From Candidatus Kaiserbacteria bacterium (GTDB taxonomy: Bacteria > Patescibacteriota > Minisyncoccia > Phycocordibacterales > JABAAK01), in assembly GCA_028820405.1 (NCBI GenBank), contig JAPPJI010000001.1, positions 1 through 62,731 of the forward strand: DNA of 62,731 nt, given 5' to 3'. Made by a program: the position numbers and the translations under genes. This document shows, piece by piece, positions 54,560-62,731 of this stretch (positions are counted from its first letter, which is position 1; every line of letters begins with the position of its first letter). A model generated the notes under the pieces. That model searched no databases. It had not been told where the DNA came from and saw only the letters and a program-made list of their open reading frames with translations.

Positions 54560-55438
54560 TCAGCAGCGAATGGTATTTTCTTTTGTTATGCAAAACGATA
54601 CCGTTCCGTCAACGGTTCGGTATACCCGTGCATCGGGGTGTTCTGCAACATATGCAGCAGTTCGATTCAAGACTGTATGGTGCGGATGCTTGTACGGATT
54701 CCCTTCTCCGTATGAAAAAACAATACTGTGCGGCTCTGCCTTCTCAAGCATTGCTTGAGAAAATGAGGTGCGGGATCCGTGGTGCCCTGCTTTGACAAGC
54801 TCAATATCGGCTAACAGGTCCGGAAATACATTGAATAACACATCTTCAACAGCAACGGGAGCATCTCCAGTGAGGAGTACTTGTTGATCACCATACTGCA
54901 CAAGAAGAACAACGGAAGCGGCATTTTTGTCAGCAACAGTACGATCGAGCGGCCAAAGGAGAGAGAGGGTAACATCGTCAAGAATAAATTGCTGTGCACG
55001 ATCAACCTGATGCACTGCAATCTTTCCCGCCTGCTCCTTTGCGTACACACGCTCCATCACCGCACGATACACCTGCGTCTCCGCGGGGATGAATGAATGG
55101 ATGACTGACGAAATATCATATTGATCAAGAACCGCAGCAAATCCGCCAATGTGGTCTGCATCAGGATGTGTCATGACGAGAGCATCAATGTGCTTGTCAC
55201 TCGCCTGCATAACATGATTGAGTGCAGCTGACACTGCACCGTCCCGTCCTGCATCAACGAGAACTTGACGACCGCTTGGTGTTTCAATAAGTATCGAGTC
55301 TCCCTGCCCGACATCAAGGAAATGAACGCGAACCATCGGCACTTCTGTCTCAAGCGGCACCCACACCAATACGTACCACCAATACCCGGCGACAGCGGTG
55401 CAAAGAATAAAAAATTGAATGACAAAACGTTTCGCCAT
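54560..55438 (-). CDS. ComEC/Rec2-type metallo-beta-lactamase-domain protein (stand-alone MBL domain with one TM helix)
   Basis: Sequence VHFLDVGQGDSILIETPSGRQVLVDAG, THPDADHIGG, LLTGD, AGHHGSRTS. Start at ATG 55438 (MAKRFVIQFF). Confidence 0.7.
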   Translation of the reverse strand: MAKRFVIQFFILCTAVAGYWWYVLVWVPLETEVPMVRVHFLDVGQGDSILIETPSGRQVLVDAGRDGAVSAALNHVMQASDKHIDALVMTHPDADHIGGFAAVLDQYDISSVIHSFIPAETQVYRAVMERVYAKEQAGKIAVHQVDRAQQFILDDVTLSLLWPLDRTVADKNAASVVLLVQYGDQQVLLTGDAPVAVEDVLFNVFPDLLADIELVKAGHHGSRTSFSQAMLEKAEPHSIVFSYGEGNPYKHPHHTVLNRTAAYVAEHPDARVYRTVDGTVSFCITKENTIRC

Positions 55439-55446
55439 ACACCCCC

Positions 55447-55455
55447 ACCCTACCA
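55447..55455 (-). promoter_or_regulatory. extended -10 TGgTAGGGT 8 nt upstream of ATG 55438
   Basis: The reverse complement of 55447..55455 is TGGTAGGGT. Confidence 0.4.
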
Positions 55456-55459
55456 CTGC

Positions 55460-55492
55460 AAATAAAAACAGCCCGTGATACCCACGAGCTGT
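55460..55492 (-). terminator. intrinsic terminator after the DUF378 gene
   Basis: On the minus strand: ACAGCTCGTGG-GTAT-CACGGGCTGT followed by TTTTTATTT. Confidence 0.55.
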
Positions 55493-55521
55493 TTTCATCC
55501 CCGCCACACATATAGTATGAA

Positions 55522-55779
55522 TTATTGGTTCATCGTGCCCTCAACCGTCGTCCTCTGCTTCATCATGCTGTCACAGCATCCTTTGCTCACCGAAAGGATG
55601 ACTGCGGAAACACCGACGATAACGTAAATGATGTTTTCAAGCACTTGAAGACCAATGAGATCGGATGCGAGATATTCAACGAGGTTGAAGTACTCATCCA
55701 TGAACAATCCGGTGACTCCGACGAGTCCCCAGTTCAGTGCACCGATCAGGACAAGTATCATTGCGATCTTATGAATCAT
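55522..55779 (-). CDS. DUF378-family small membrane protein
   Basis: Sequence IAMILVLIGALNWGLVGV...IIYVIVGVSAVI. Confidence 0.7.
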   Translation of the reverse strand: MIHKIAMILVLIGALNWGLVGVTGLFMDEYFNLVEYLASDLIGLQVLENIIYVIVGVSAVILSVSKGCCDSMMKQRTTVEGTMNQ

Positions 55780-55850
55780 ATGATTTTACGCGTAAATAAG
55801 TAGTAATATATGAAGATTCCTCCATATATGCTTTCAGTATACGGCACACT

Positions 55851-56765
55851 TTACCCGTTATTACCAGTATTCCCGACAAGTGCCTGAACCCGCTCTGGAA
55901 TCGGTGGATGCGTGTCAAAGAGTCGCATAAAACCTAACCTTTTTTCCGTTGGCGGGATAGTTCGACCACGTGCATGTGAAGCAAACGGATCTGCAATGAA
56001 CAGGTGTGCAGTGGCAGTCCGAGCCCCTTGCACCGGTCGACTCGCCCGTTCAATCTTTCGCAGTGCCGATGCAAGACCCTCAGGGTATCGCGTATAAACA
56101 CCGGCAGTTGCATCGGCGAGAAATTCACGCTTTCGTGACACCGCAAAACGAATGATCATAAGGATGATTGGTGCGACGATATAGATCGGAAGCAGGATGA
56201 GCATATTACCACCTTCTTCGTCAGAAGAGAACAGTGATGCGTGCAGTGCAAGGTCAAGTAAGATCGTCACCATCCCGAACAGCACGACAATAACCGTCAT
56301 GATGAGCGTGTCTCGGTTTTGAATGTGGGCAATCTCATGCGCAAGCACGCCTTCAAGTTCCTGTTTCTCCATGACGTGCAAGAGACCGCTGGTTACCGCA
56401 ACCGCGGCATGCTTCGGATCTCTCCCCGTTGCAAAGGCATTTGGGGCAGGATCGTCGATGACGTAGAGTTTTGGCATCGGCACGCCGATACTGATACAGA
56501 GATTCTCGACGCTGTTCCAGTAGTCAAAGTGGGTGTCCCGAGTCACCGGCTTTGCTCTCGTTATGCGAATGACAATTGTATCCGACTTCCAGTACGCAAC
56601 AACATTAAGCCCGACAGAGAGAATCACTGCAATATAGAGGATTGCAGGAGATGCAAAGATGACAGAGATCAACCATGAAATGGCGATCACCACAATCAGA
56701 AACAGTCCCATGAAAAAGAATGTTCGCCGAACATTGTGTGCCTGTTCTCGGTAAAGTGATGACAT
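55851..56765 (-). CDS. htpX: M48-family zinc metalloprotease HtpX
   Basis: TM helices plus the HEIAHIQNRD zinc motif. Confidence 0.85.
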   Translation of the reverse strand: MSSLYREQAHNVRRTFFFMGLFLIVVIAISWLISVIFASPAILYIAVILSVGLNVVAYWKSDTIVIRITRAKPVTRDTHFDYWNSVENLCISIGVPMPKLYVIDDPAPNAFATGRDPKHAAVAVTSGLLHVMEKQELEGVLAHEIAHIQNRDTLIMTVIVVLFGMVTILLDLALHASLFSSDEEGGNMLILLPIYIVAPIILMIIRFAVSRKREFLADATAGVYTRYPEGLASALRKIERASRPVQGARTATAHLFIADPFASHARGRTIPPTEKRLGFMRLFDTHPPIPERVQALVGNTGNNG

Positions 56766-56782
56766 ACAGCAGTACTGAGTTG

Positions 56783-57340
56783 TTAAAACGAAACATCAAC
56801 GGGCTTTTCAGCTGCCTCTTTTTCATCAGCGGACAACTCAAAAAACTCAGCGGGAGTGAAGCGGAACAGAGCAGCAATACTGTTCTTAGGAAACGTCTGT
56901 ATTGCAGAATTGAAATCCTGCACCGTTGCGTTATAAAAACGACGGGAAGCTTGAATCTTGTTCTCTGTGTCGCTCAACTCTTTCTGCATTTCAACAAACG
57001 ATGCACTTGCTTTGAGGTCTGGATAGTTTTCCGCAACTGCAAAAATAGACTTCAGTGCGTCAGTGAGCATGTTTTCTGTTGCTCCGGCGTCCTGCACGCC
57101 GTTTGCCTCAAGTGCTTTTGCCCGAAGTGACGTCACCCGTTCAAATGTTTCCTTTTCGTGTGCCGCATATCCTTTAACGGTATTTACTAAGTTAGGAATG
57201 AGGTCGTGGCGACGCTTCAGCTGTACGGAAATATCAGACCATGCCTCATCCTTTCGGTTACGTGCACGAACCAAACTGTTATACAGAAAAGCAAGTACGG
57301 CACCGAGTGCAAAGATGACGATAATAACTGTTGTCAGCAT
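56783..57340 (-). CDS. lemA: LemA-family protein
   Basis: N-terminal TM helix, then [33 protein letters not shown]...RRFYNATV. The lemA-htpX pairing is typical. Confidence 0.8.
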   Translation of the reverse strand: MLTTVIIVIFALGAVLAFLYNSLVRARNRKDEAWSDISVQLKRRHDLIPNLVNTVKGYAAHEKETFERVTSLRAKALEANGVQDAGATENMLTDALKSIFAVAENYPDLKASASFVEMQKELSDTENKIQASRRFYNATVQDFNSAIQTFPKNSIAALFRFTPAEFFELSADEKEAAEKPVDVSF

Positions 57341-57379
57341 AAGATGGGGAAGTATTCCCAGTGTACACGATTAAGAACC

Positions 57380-59029
57380 TTAATACATGCCGCCGCCCAT
57401 TGCAGCAGGGTCTACCTCCGGCTTCTCTTTCTCCGGGATGTCAGCGACCGCTGCTTCGGTTGTCAGGAAGATACCGGCAGTTGAAACAGCATGCCGCAGC
57501 CCGCCCCGAGCCACTTTCAATGGATCAATGACACCGGCAGCAAACATGTCCTCAACATGCACCCGTTTCAGCGCGTCGTACCCTGCTGATTCACTGGTAC
57601 TCTCTTGCACCTTACGAACAACTGCCTTTCCTTCCCCGTCACCGAGTGCATTTTCAACAATACGAATAAGAGGAGCCTCAAGCGCTTCGATGACAATGTT
57701 ATACCCTTTCTCTTCATACTCATCACCCCACGTCATTTCACCCCGTTTGTTTCTGAGATATTTGGCAATGTGTGCAAATGCTGATCCGCCGCCGGCGATA
57801 AGTCCTTCTTCAATTGCCGCTTTGGTTGCATTCACCGCATCTTCAACCTTCAGTTTCAGATACTTCATTTCAGCCTCAGTCGCAGCACCGACACGGATCA
57901 CTGCAACACCGCCTGCCAGCTTTGCGATACGGTCACGCAACTTATCTTTCTCAAACGTACTCTCAGTTTGCTCAAGTGTTGCTTCAAGTGACGTTATACG
58001 GTCGTTAATAGCAGTCTTTGTTGTCGCAGACCCGACGATGACAGTACTGTCTTTCTTCGCGACGATGCGTGATGCACGTCCGAGTGCTTCAATGCCAACA
58101 GTCTCAAACGACATCCCGGTGTCTTGTGTCACAACCTGTGCACCGATAGTTACGGCGATATCGCCAAGCAATTCTTTCTTACTGTCGCCAAACCCTGGCG
58201 CTTTGATAGCGAGCACATTGAAGGTGCCACGCAATTTGTTGAGGACAAATGTGGTCAGTGCCTCACCTTCAACGTCTTCAGCAATGATGACGAGATCTTT
58301 CATGCCAGCTTGGGTCACCCGCTCAAGGAACGGCATGATATCCTTCACGTTGCCAATCTTTCCGTCGGTAATGAGAACCGGGACATCCTTGTACTCTGCT
58401 TCAAGCCGTTCCGGATTAGTCATCATGTACGGAGAGACATACCCCTTATCAATCTCAAGTCCTTCGACAACCTCCGACTCAATCGTCAGTGACTGCGACT
58501 CCTCAACAGTTACCACCCCTTTATCACCGACTTTCTGCACGGTTTCGGCGATGATCTTTCCGAGTTCAGCCGACTCAGCGGACACTGATGCAACGTGAAC
58601 AACCTCCGCATCATTTGAGACGTCACGTTTCACCTGCTGCAGTCGCTCTTCCGCCACCTTGTGTGCCTGCTCCATACCGCGACGAACGGACAGTGCATTT
58701 ACTCCTTTATCAACCTGCTTCATACCCTCATTGATCATGGACTGCACCAACACAACCGAGGTGCTCGTTCCGTCACCGGCAAGATCATTTGTTTTGTTCG
58801 CCACCTCCTTTGTTATCTCGGCACCGATGTTTTCAAACGGATCTTCAAGAGAGATGTCACGTGCAATAGAGACACCGTCGTTGGTGATAGTCGGACCGCC
58901 GTAGGATTTTTGCAGGGCAACGTTTCGTCCGAACGGACCAATGGTGATACTCACCGCTTTTGCAACGGCATCAATCCCCTTTCTGATTTTCGCTCGTGCC
59001 TCTTCGTCAAAAATAATGTGTTTAGCCAT
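57380..59029 (-). CDS. groL: chaperonin GroEL
   Basis: Start at ATG 59029: MAKHIIFDEEARAKI. Motifs AGDGTSTS, AIKAPGFGD, C-terminal AAMGGGMY. Confidence 0.93.
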   Translation of the reverse strand: MAKHIIFDEEARAKIRKGIDAVAKAVSITIGPFGRNVALQKSYGGPTITNDGVSIARDISLEDPFENIGAEITKEVANKTNDLAGDGTSTSVVLVQSMINEGMKQVDKGVNALSVRRGMEQAHKVAEERLQQVKRDVSNDAEVVHVASVSAESAELGKIIAETVQKVGDKGVVTVEESQSLTIESEVVEGLEIDKGYVSPYMMTNPERLEAEYKDVPVLITDGKIGNVKDIMPFLERVTQAGMKDLVIIAEDVEGEALTTFVLNKLRGTFNVLAIKAPGFGDSKKELLGDIAVTIGAQVVTQDTGMSFETVGIEALGRASRIVAKKDSTVIVGSATTKTAINDRITSLEATLEQTESTFEKDKLRDRIAKLAGGVAVIRVGAATEAEMKYLKLKVEDAVNATKAAIEEGLIAGGGSAFAHIAKYLRNKRGEMTWGDEYEEKGYNIVIEALEAPLIRIVENALGDGEGKAVVRKVQESTSESAGYDALKRVHVEDMFAAGVIDPLKVARGGLRHAVSTAGIFLTTEAAVADIPEKEKPEVDPAAMGGGMY

Positions 59030-59042
59030 AGACAGGTATGTG

Positions 59043-59363
59043 TTACGCAGTGGATGTGAGAATACCGATGACGCTTCCCTCGCTGACCAGGTGATACTCT
59101 TTGCCATCAACCGTCACCTTATCACCCCAGGAGAAAAGAACTTTTTGCCCGACCGCTACTTTGGGTTTAATGATACTCCCGGCATCAGTTTCCCGACCCG
59201 ACCCGACGGCACGAACAATGCCGATGTTTGTGTCACTGCTCTCAGAACTTTTGGGGAGTAAAATACCGGATCGTACCTCTTCACCTCCCTCAACTTTTTC
59301 AACGAGAACACGATCTCCCAGCGGAGTTATCGGAACAGAATCTGCTGTCTTGTCAACATCCAT
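59043..59363 (-). CDS. groS: co-chaperonin GroES
   Basis: Sequence ITPLGDRVLVEKVE...SGILLP...VGQKVLFS with the position before groEL. Confidence 0.88.
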   Translation of the reverse strand: MDVDKTADSVPITPLGDRVLVEKVEGGEEVRSGILLPKSSESSDTNIGIVRAVGSGRETDAGSIIKPKVAVGQKVLFSWGDKVTVDGKEYHLVSEGSVIGILTSTA

Positions 59364-59372
59364 ACGCGTTTT

Positions 59373-59402
59373 ATTATAGAAAAAATTACCTTAATAATAC
59401 AA
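59373..59402 (-). promoter_or_regulatory. promoter TTGTAT-18-TATAAT, 9 nt upstream of groES ATG (leaderless); no CIRCE seen
   Basis: The reverse complement of 59373..59378 is TATAAT and of 59397..59402 is TTGTAT. Confidence 0.45.
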
Positions 59403-59456
59403 AACTATTTATATACTAAAAATTTTAATTTATCAAAAAAGGAAATTAGAAATATT

Positions 59457-60629
59457 TTATGAGGTATTTAAGACATTATTATAATCTATCTTATTCTTAA
59501 AAAAGACGCTAATAATAGAATGTCCATATATATTCCCACCTTCTTTTTTACATTCATGAGCAATTCTTCCTGCGATAACTGCCGGAGACCTTTTAATCTT
59601 CTTTGATATGTTGAGAATCGCCTGCTTTACATCCTCAGATTCCATTATACTTCTCCTCACACGTGCGAAGTCTGGGATGAGATATTTTTCTGCAAACAAG
59701 TCAGCTTCTCGCTCTACTCTTTCATTTCTTCGTGATACCCCCTCTTCTTCAAGGTCAACATAACATTCTTTTTTACCATGCTTCAAAATATGACCAATTT
59801 CATGAAATACATTAAACCAAAATCTATCTTCACTCTTCCTAGTTGTCGTAATCATAATAAGTGCCTTGTCAGGACTAACCCACGTTGCAGCACCTTGGGC
59901 ATGCGTATTCTTAAAATACGGCATATATGCTAAAACAATTCCGCAATCCTTCAGCATCTCTTCTAGTTTAGGCAAATATACACTGCTATCCTCTTGAGAT
60001 AGCTGTGCCATGTCTTCTAATTTCGTCTTTAACGCACTTTTATCAAAGTGACCAACACGGGTTTTCTGTGCCTTCTTCATTCCTAGTTGTAACCATGCGA
60101 CCGTTGTATACCTATTGAATGATCGTCCTTTGTGTTTTCTAAAAGCAATTTGTGAAGTATGACAGCCCTCTACATTTTTGAGAGAACTGACACCAAAAAA
60201 TTGTCGGAGGTTAAGGATTATGTCTCCGGCATTAGAGGCAGTGTTTCTTAATTTATCCACAAGCCCGAACCGAGAGAGCTCTTTATAGGTCTCAGTAAGA
60301 TCGGGATCACAGAGATATACCTTCGCCTCTTCTTTAAGTTCGGACTCCTTTTGAAGTTTCAATATATCTTCCTCGTACTGACTCTGCAGGTTTGTCCAAT
60401 ATGTTTCAGAAAACGGAAACACGTTGCTGAGGTGAGAAGCGGTTTTTCTTGTAATCGGATTTTTCCCTTTAACAATTTCATTTACCGCTTTCTCTGACAT
60501 CCCGATTCTTTGCGCAAGATCTTTTTGAGTGATAGAAAATTCATCAAGTACTTCAACAAGAAACTCACCCGGGTGGATAGCGGTTACCATCTCCCATCCC
60601 TTTATTTCTTCTTTAACATTTTTTCTCAT
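59457..60629 (-). CDS. fusion of a HigA-type XRE HTH antitoxin domain and an ImmA/IrrE (COG2856, DUF955) zinc-peptidase domain
   Basis: N-terminal HigA-like HTH: IHPGEFLVEVLDEFSITQKDLAQRIGMSEKAVNEIVKGKNPIT. C-terminal HExxH motif FNVFHEIGHILKHG followed by READLFAEKYLIP. The gene is AT-rich. Confidence 0.7.
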   Translation of the reverse strand: MRKNVKEEIKGWEMVTAIHPGEFLVEVLDEFSITQKDLAQRIGMSEKAVNEIVKGKNPITRKTASHLSNVFPFSETYWTNLQSQYEEDILKLQKESELKEEAKVYLCDPDLTETYKELSRFGLVDKLRNTASNAGDIILNLRQFFGVSSLKNVEGCHTSQIAFRKHKGRSFNRYTTVAWLQLGMKKAQKTRVGHFDKSALKTKLEDMAQLSQEDSSVYLPKLEEMLKDCGIVLAYMPYFKNTHAQGAATWVSPDKALIMITTTRKSEDRFWFNVFHEIGHILKHGKKECYVDLEEEGVSRRNERVEREADLFAEKYLIPDFARVRRSIMESEDVKQAILNISKKIKRSPAVIAGRIAHECKKEGGNIYGHSIISVFFKNKIDYNNVLNTS

Positions 60630-60640
60630 AATATTGTTAT

Positions 60641-60961
60641 TTAATGATAATCATCTACTATTTTTAATATTTTAATTTCTTGTATTGACTGTTTGATAAA
60701 CTGACCATTCTTATTCTTCTCGTATGGTCTATGTGGCTCACAGATCAGCCTCTTTGTATTCCTTCTCTCGGCAATATCTATCGCAAAACAACCTGCGAGA
60801 GTACCTTGTAAAAAATGTGCCTTACCGGCACTCACTGGCTCAAGATCGCAAAAAGTTTCTGCTGCCCTTATGCTCGCCATACGCTTCTTTGTAGTGCGAT
60901 TACTCTTGGCATACTTTTCAACTTTCTTTTTTAGGCTTTTGCTACTCCAGTGTATTTTCAT
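60641..60961 (-). CDS. HigB/RelE-superfamily toxin candidate
   Basis: 106 aa located upstream of the HigA-like gene (the reversed order typical of higBA). AHFLQGTLAGCFAIDIAERRNTKRLICEP and the terminal IVDDYH resemble the HigB-like killer family. Confidence 0.55.
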   Translation of the reverse strand: MKIHWSSKSLKKKVEKYAKSNRTTKKRMASIRAAETFCDLEPVSAGKAHFLQGTLAGCFAIDIAERRNTKRLICEPHRPYEKNKNGQFIKQSIQEIKILKIVDDYH

Positions 60962-60981
60962 AGTACTATGGCTCTCATTTC

Positions 60982-61002
60982 TATTAACCTAGTATGTTAA
61001 TA
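60982..61002. promoter_or_regulatory. 7-bp inverted repeat TATTAAC-N7-GTTAATA, candidate HigA operator overlapping a -10-like CATACT
   Basis: TATTAAC at 60982..60988 and GTTAATA at 60996..61002, 20-40 nt upstream of the higB-like ATG. Confidence 0.4.
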
Positions 61003-61109
61003 ACTTTTCTCAAAATACACTGAGGCTACATAAAAATCAAACAGAAGCAATCTGACATTGCACGTATGACAATCAGCACAGGCACACATAGATTGTTTTC
61101 TGGTGATTT

Positions 61110-61149
61110 TATGCATGAAAAAAGGCGAGTACACATTTGTGTACTCGCC
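61110..61149 (-). terminator. intrinsic terminator after ORF 61157..62236
   Basis: On the minus strand: GGCGAGTACACA-AA-TGTGTACTCGCC followed by TTTTTTC. It starts 8 nt after the TAA stop. Confidence 0.6.
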
Positions 61150-61156
61150 CGAAATA

Positions 61157-62236
61157 TTATAGAACCTGAGCAAGAGGACTCCCTTGCCCTACCGTTACCT
61201 CCGACAGAGCGGGTCCGTCTGACCCGCACGCCCGTTGCCGAGTCTGCTCTTCCAAGCTCCTCGCATGTTGGTGCAAGTTGGAAGGTGACGGGGCGAACTG
61301 ACGAAACAGCTTCTTGAAGGTGTCCCGCTTTTCAGTGGAGCACCCGTCTCTCCCGATAAAGTCTTGAGAGAGGTGCACTCTGGTGTACGGATAGACGCCG
61401 AGGCTTCTTACCACCTTTCCTTCAAGAACCCAGCCGTCACTGTCATAGTTCTTGAACGTTAAATGGAGCGGGTCGATAGGAGAAGAGCACGTCCCTTTCC
61501 CGTCACCGAATTCGCAGTACAAATACATGGCTGCGGTAACGACACGGGAGAACGATGCATCCATTCCTTGAATGGTGAAACGTATTTTGTTTCCACCAAT
61601 AGAGGAAGGCAGACTTCTGTTTCGCACACCTTCCGACTCGGTAACAATAACCTGGAGAGCAGTGCGAGTATCCTCGACGATATCTCGAAGATCTCTCTCT
61701 CCGCTCGCAATGAAAACCCGCTCTCCTGAAAAGAGTGTCGGGTCCGTAAGCTTGCGATCCCAGTACTCAAGCAAGGGACGAGCGAGCATAAGCTGCTCAT
61801 ATTCCTTGTTTGCCGTGAGCTCATAGAACTCGCGAGTGCCGCCTGTCCGCACCTTAAGGTGCCGAACCCCGGTCGTTAAGACGGCGAGTCCGGTGCCGAG
61901 ATGGTCAGCGCAGACACCTTCATAGGTACCAGAGAGGCACCCTTCTACCTGTACCGGCTCAACGTGCGGAGTCGCAGGTTTGGGAGCGGGCTCAGGAGCA
62001 GTGGTGTGCGGTCCTCTGCCAGAATCTAACGAATTGAGGTGGAATGCCAGTAAGTAGCAAGAAAATGCCACGGACAATGCGAGAAGAATTCCGAGGATCT
62101 TCACTTGTTTTTTAGACACTTGAAACGTTGCTGCAACATCGGCACCTTGCTTGGTATTGCGACCCTTGATCCTTCGCATTGCGTGGACCGTATTCGGATG
62201 CCAAGGCTTATTGCTCTCTCTACGCGTAGTGGCCAT
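61157..62236 (-). CDS. membrane-anchored hypothetical protein with Pro-rich linker and Cys-containing extracytoplasmic domain
   Basis: Basic N-terminus, TM helix ILGILLALSVAFSCYLLAF, linker APEPAPKPATPHVEP, about 270 aa of unknown domain. SD GGAGGT lies 6 nt before the ATG. Confidence 0.6.
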   Translation of the reverse strand: MATTRRESNKPWHPNTVHAMRRIKGRNTKQGADVAATFQVSKKQVKILGILLALSVAFSCYLLAFHLNSLDSGRGPHTTAPEPAPKPATPHVEPVQVEGCLSGTYEGVCADHLGTGLAVLTTGVRHLKVRTGGTREFYELTANKEYEQLMLARPLLEYWDRKLTDPTLFSGERVFIASGERDLRDIVEDTRTALQVIVTESEGVRNRSLPSSIGGNKIRFTIQGMDASFSRVVTAAMYLYCEFGDGKGTCSSPIDPLHLTFKNYDSDGWVLEGKVVRSLGVYPYTRVHLSQDFIGRDGCSTEKRDTFKKLFRQFAPSPSNLHQHARSLEEQTRQRACGSDGPALSEVTVGQGSPLAQVL

Positions 62237-62297
62237 CAGTGGACCTCCTTATGGTAGGTAAGTAAATGGTAAGGTTTTTCTTGTTCGTTCCTATTAT

Positions 62298-62326
62298 TTT
62301 ATATAAAAAATCATATGTTTTGTCAA
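62298..62326 (-). promoter_or_regulatory. promoter TTGACA-17-TATAAA for ORF 61157..62236
   Basis: The reverse complement of 62321..62326 is TTGACA and of 62298..62303 is TATAAA. Confidence 0.5.
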
Positions 62327-62375
62327 GCATCAAGCGACCTTTTCCCTTGAAAAATAAGGATATTTTGCCCAATCA

Positions 62376-62731
62376 CTACCTTTTTGTCTGCACATCTTCA
62401 ACCTCATATGTCTGTAACGGATCGTTGGGATCCCTCCTCGTATATCCCCTGCCGGTTACAATAAAGGTATATGTTTTCCCATTTTCCGGATTTTTTAGGA
62501 CTTCGTTGTCAATAAAATGGGTATATCGAGGGTCAGCTTTTAATCTGTTCAGACCTTTCTGCTCAGCTCCATTTACCCTGCGAATCAGATATTTTGTGGG
62601 CGAACTACCCGCATTTTCCCGTTCGGCAATCCAATGCCCGGCTGCTCCCCCTTCCAGCACGACTTTGGCATCAAACTGCTGTCGAATACCATCGGTATCC
62701 GTGCCTACATTAATATCAATGACACCGCCAG
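62376..62731 (-). CDS. C-terminal part of an unknown protein (N-terminus beyond right window edge)
   Basis: The frame of track ORF 62376..62660 stays open upstream to position 62731 (...GGVIDINVGTDTDGIRQQFDAKVVLEGGAAGHW...). The GTG at 62660 is probably internal. Confidence 0.5.
   Translation of the reverse strand, partial: GGVIDINVGTDTDGIRQQFDAKVVLEGGAAGHWIAERENAGSSPTKYLIRRVNGAEQKGLNRLKADPRYTHFIDNEVLKNPENGKTYTFIVTGRGYTRRDPNDPLQTYEVEDVQTKR

Noticed and set aside
55780-55850. Small ORF MEESSYITTYLRVKSYDS upstream of the DUF378 gene
   Set aside because: It overlaps the DUF378 start out of frame, has no supporting features apart from a GGAGG within its own codons, and is probably chance.
57387-58598. 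403-aa plus-strand ORF antisense to groEL
   Set aside because: Its Ser/Ala/Thr/Pro-rich low-complexity translation sits exactly opposite a highly conserved gene. This is a typical shadow ORF.
59364-59456. CIRCE/HrcA operator upstream of groES
   Set aside because: No TTAGCACTC-N9-GAGTGCTAA-like inverted repeat is present in the 94-nt upstream region. Only an AT-rich promoter is visible.

Overview
Gene-dense, roughly 50% G+C (by eye) chromosomal segment. It looks like a reduced-genome Candidate Phyla Radiation/Patescibacteria (Parcubacteria-like) bacterium using the standard genetic code: TGA is used as a stop and tRNA-Trp has anticodon CCA. All family calls come from reading motifs in the translations; no database search or RNA folding was run.

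Content from left to right:
- gyrB, cut by the left edge and absent from the supplied ORF track
- rpmG
- two secreted lamin-tail-domain (LTD) proteins
- pheT and pheS
- a SpoU/TrmH methyltransferase
- topA, rel, parB, miaA
- six tRNAs: Leu-CAA, Trp-CCA, Tyr-GTA, Cys-GCA, Leu-TAG, Lys-CTT
- a VirB2/TrbC-like pilin candidate
- clpB, a class-V cysteine desulfurase, infB-rbfA
- a thiol-disulfide module (MauE-like, CcdA, two DsbA-like)
- infC-rpmI-rplT, ndk
- the complete tuf-S10-spc block through secY-adk-map, with no L30 gene
- an 8.4-kb insertion between tuf and fusA
- rpsL-rpsG-fusA, an M50 protease, rpmB, secG
- a ComEC-type MBL-domain protein, DUF378, htpX, lemA, groES-groEL
- at the right end, a visibly AT-rich HigB / HigA-ImmA toxin-antitoxin islet plus orphan genes

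Most notable observations:
1. The universally conserved fusA-tuf junction is split by a five-gene block. It encodes a VirD4/TraG-like ATPase, a VirB1-like lytic transglycosylase, a 1257-aa coiled-coil membrane protein and two small acidic proteins.
2. PheT carries an apparently catalytically intact NlpC/P60 cysteine-hydrolase domain inserted inside its B5 domain.
3. An extended -10 motif (consensus TGgTATACT) sits 6-9 nt upstream of many start codons and 8-11 nt upstream of mature tRNA 5' ends. This implies pervasive leaderless or near-leaderless transcription. It includes a divergent pheS/trmH pair whose -10 boxes overlap.
4. A promoter, SD hairpin, 10-codon ORF and intrinsic terminator lie upstream of the cysteine desulfurase, forming a candidate attenuator or sRNA.
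5. The low-GC TA islet is inserted directly upstream of the groESL promoter.

No CRISPR array, rRNA, transposase or integrase was seen.
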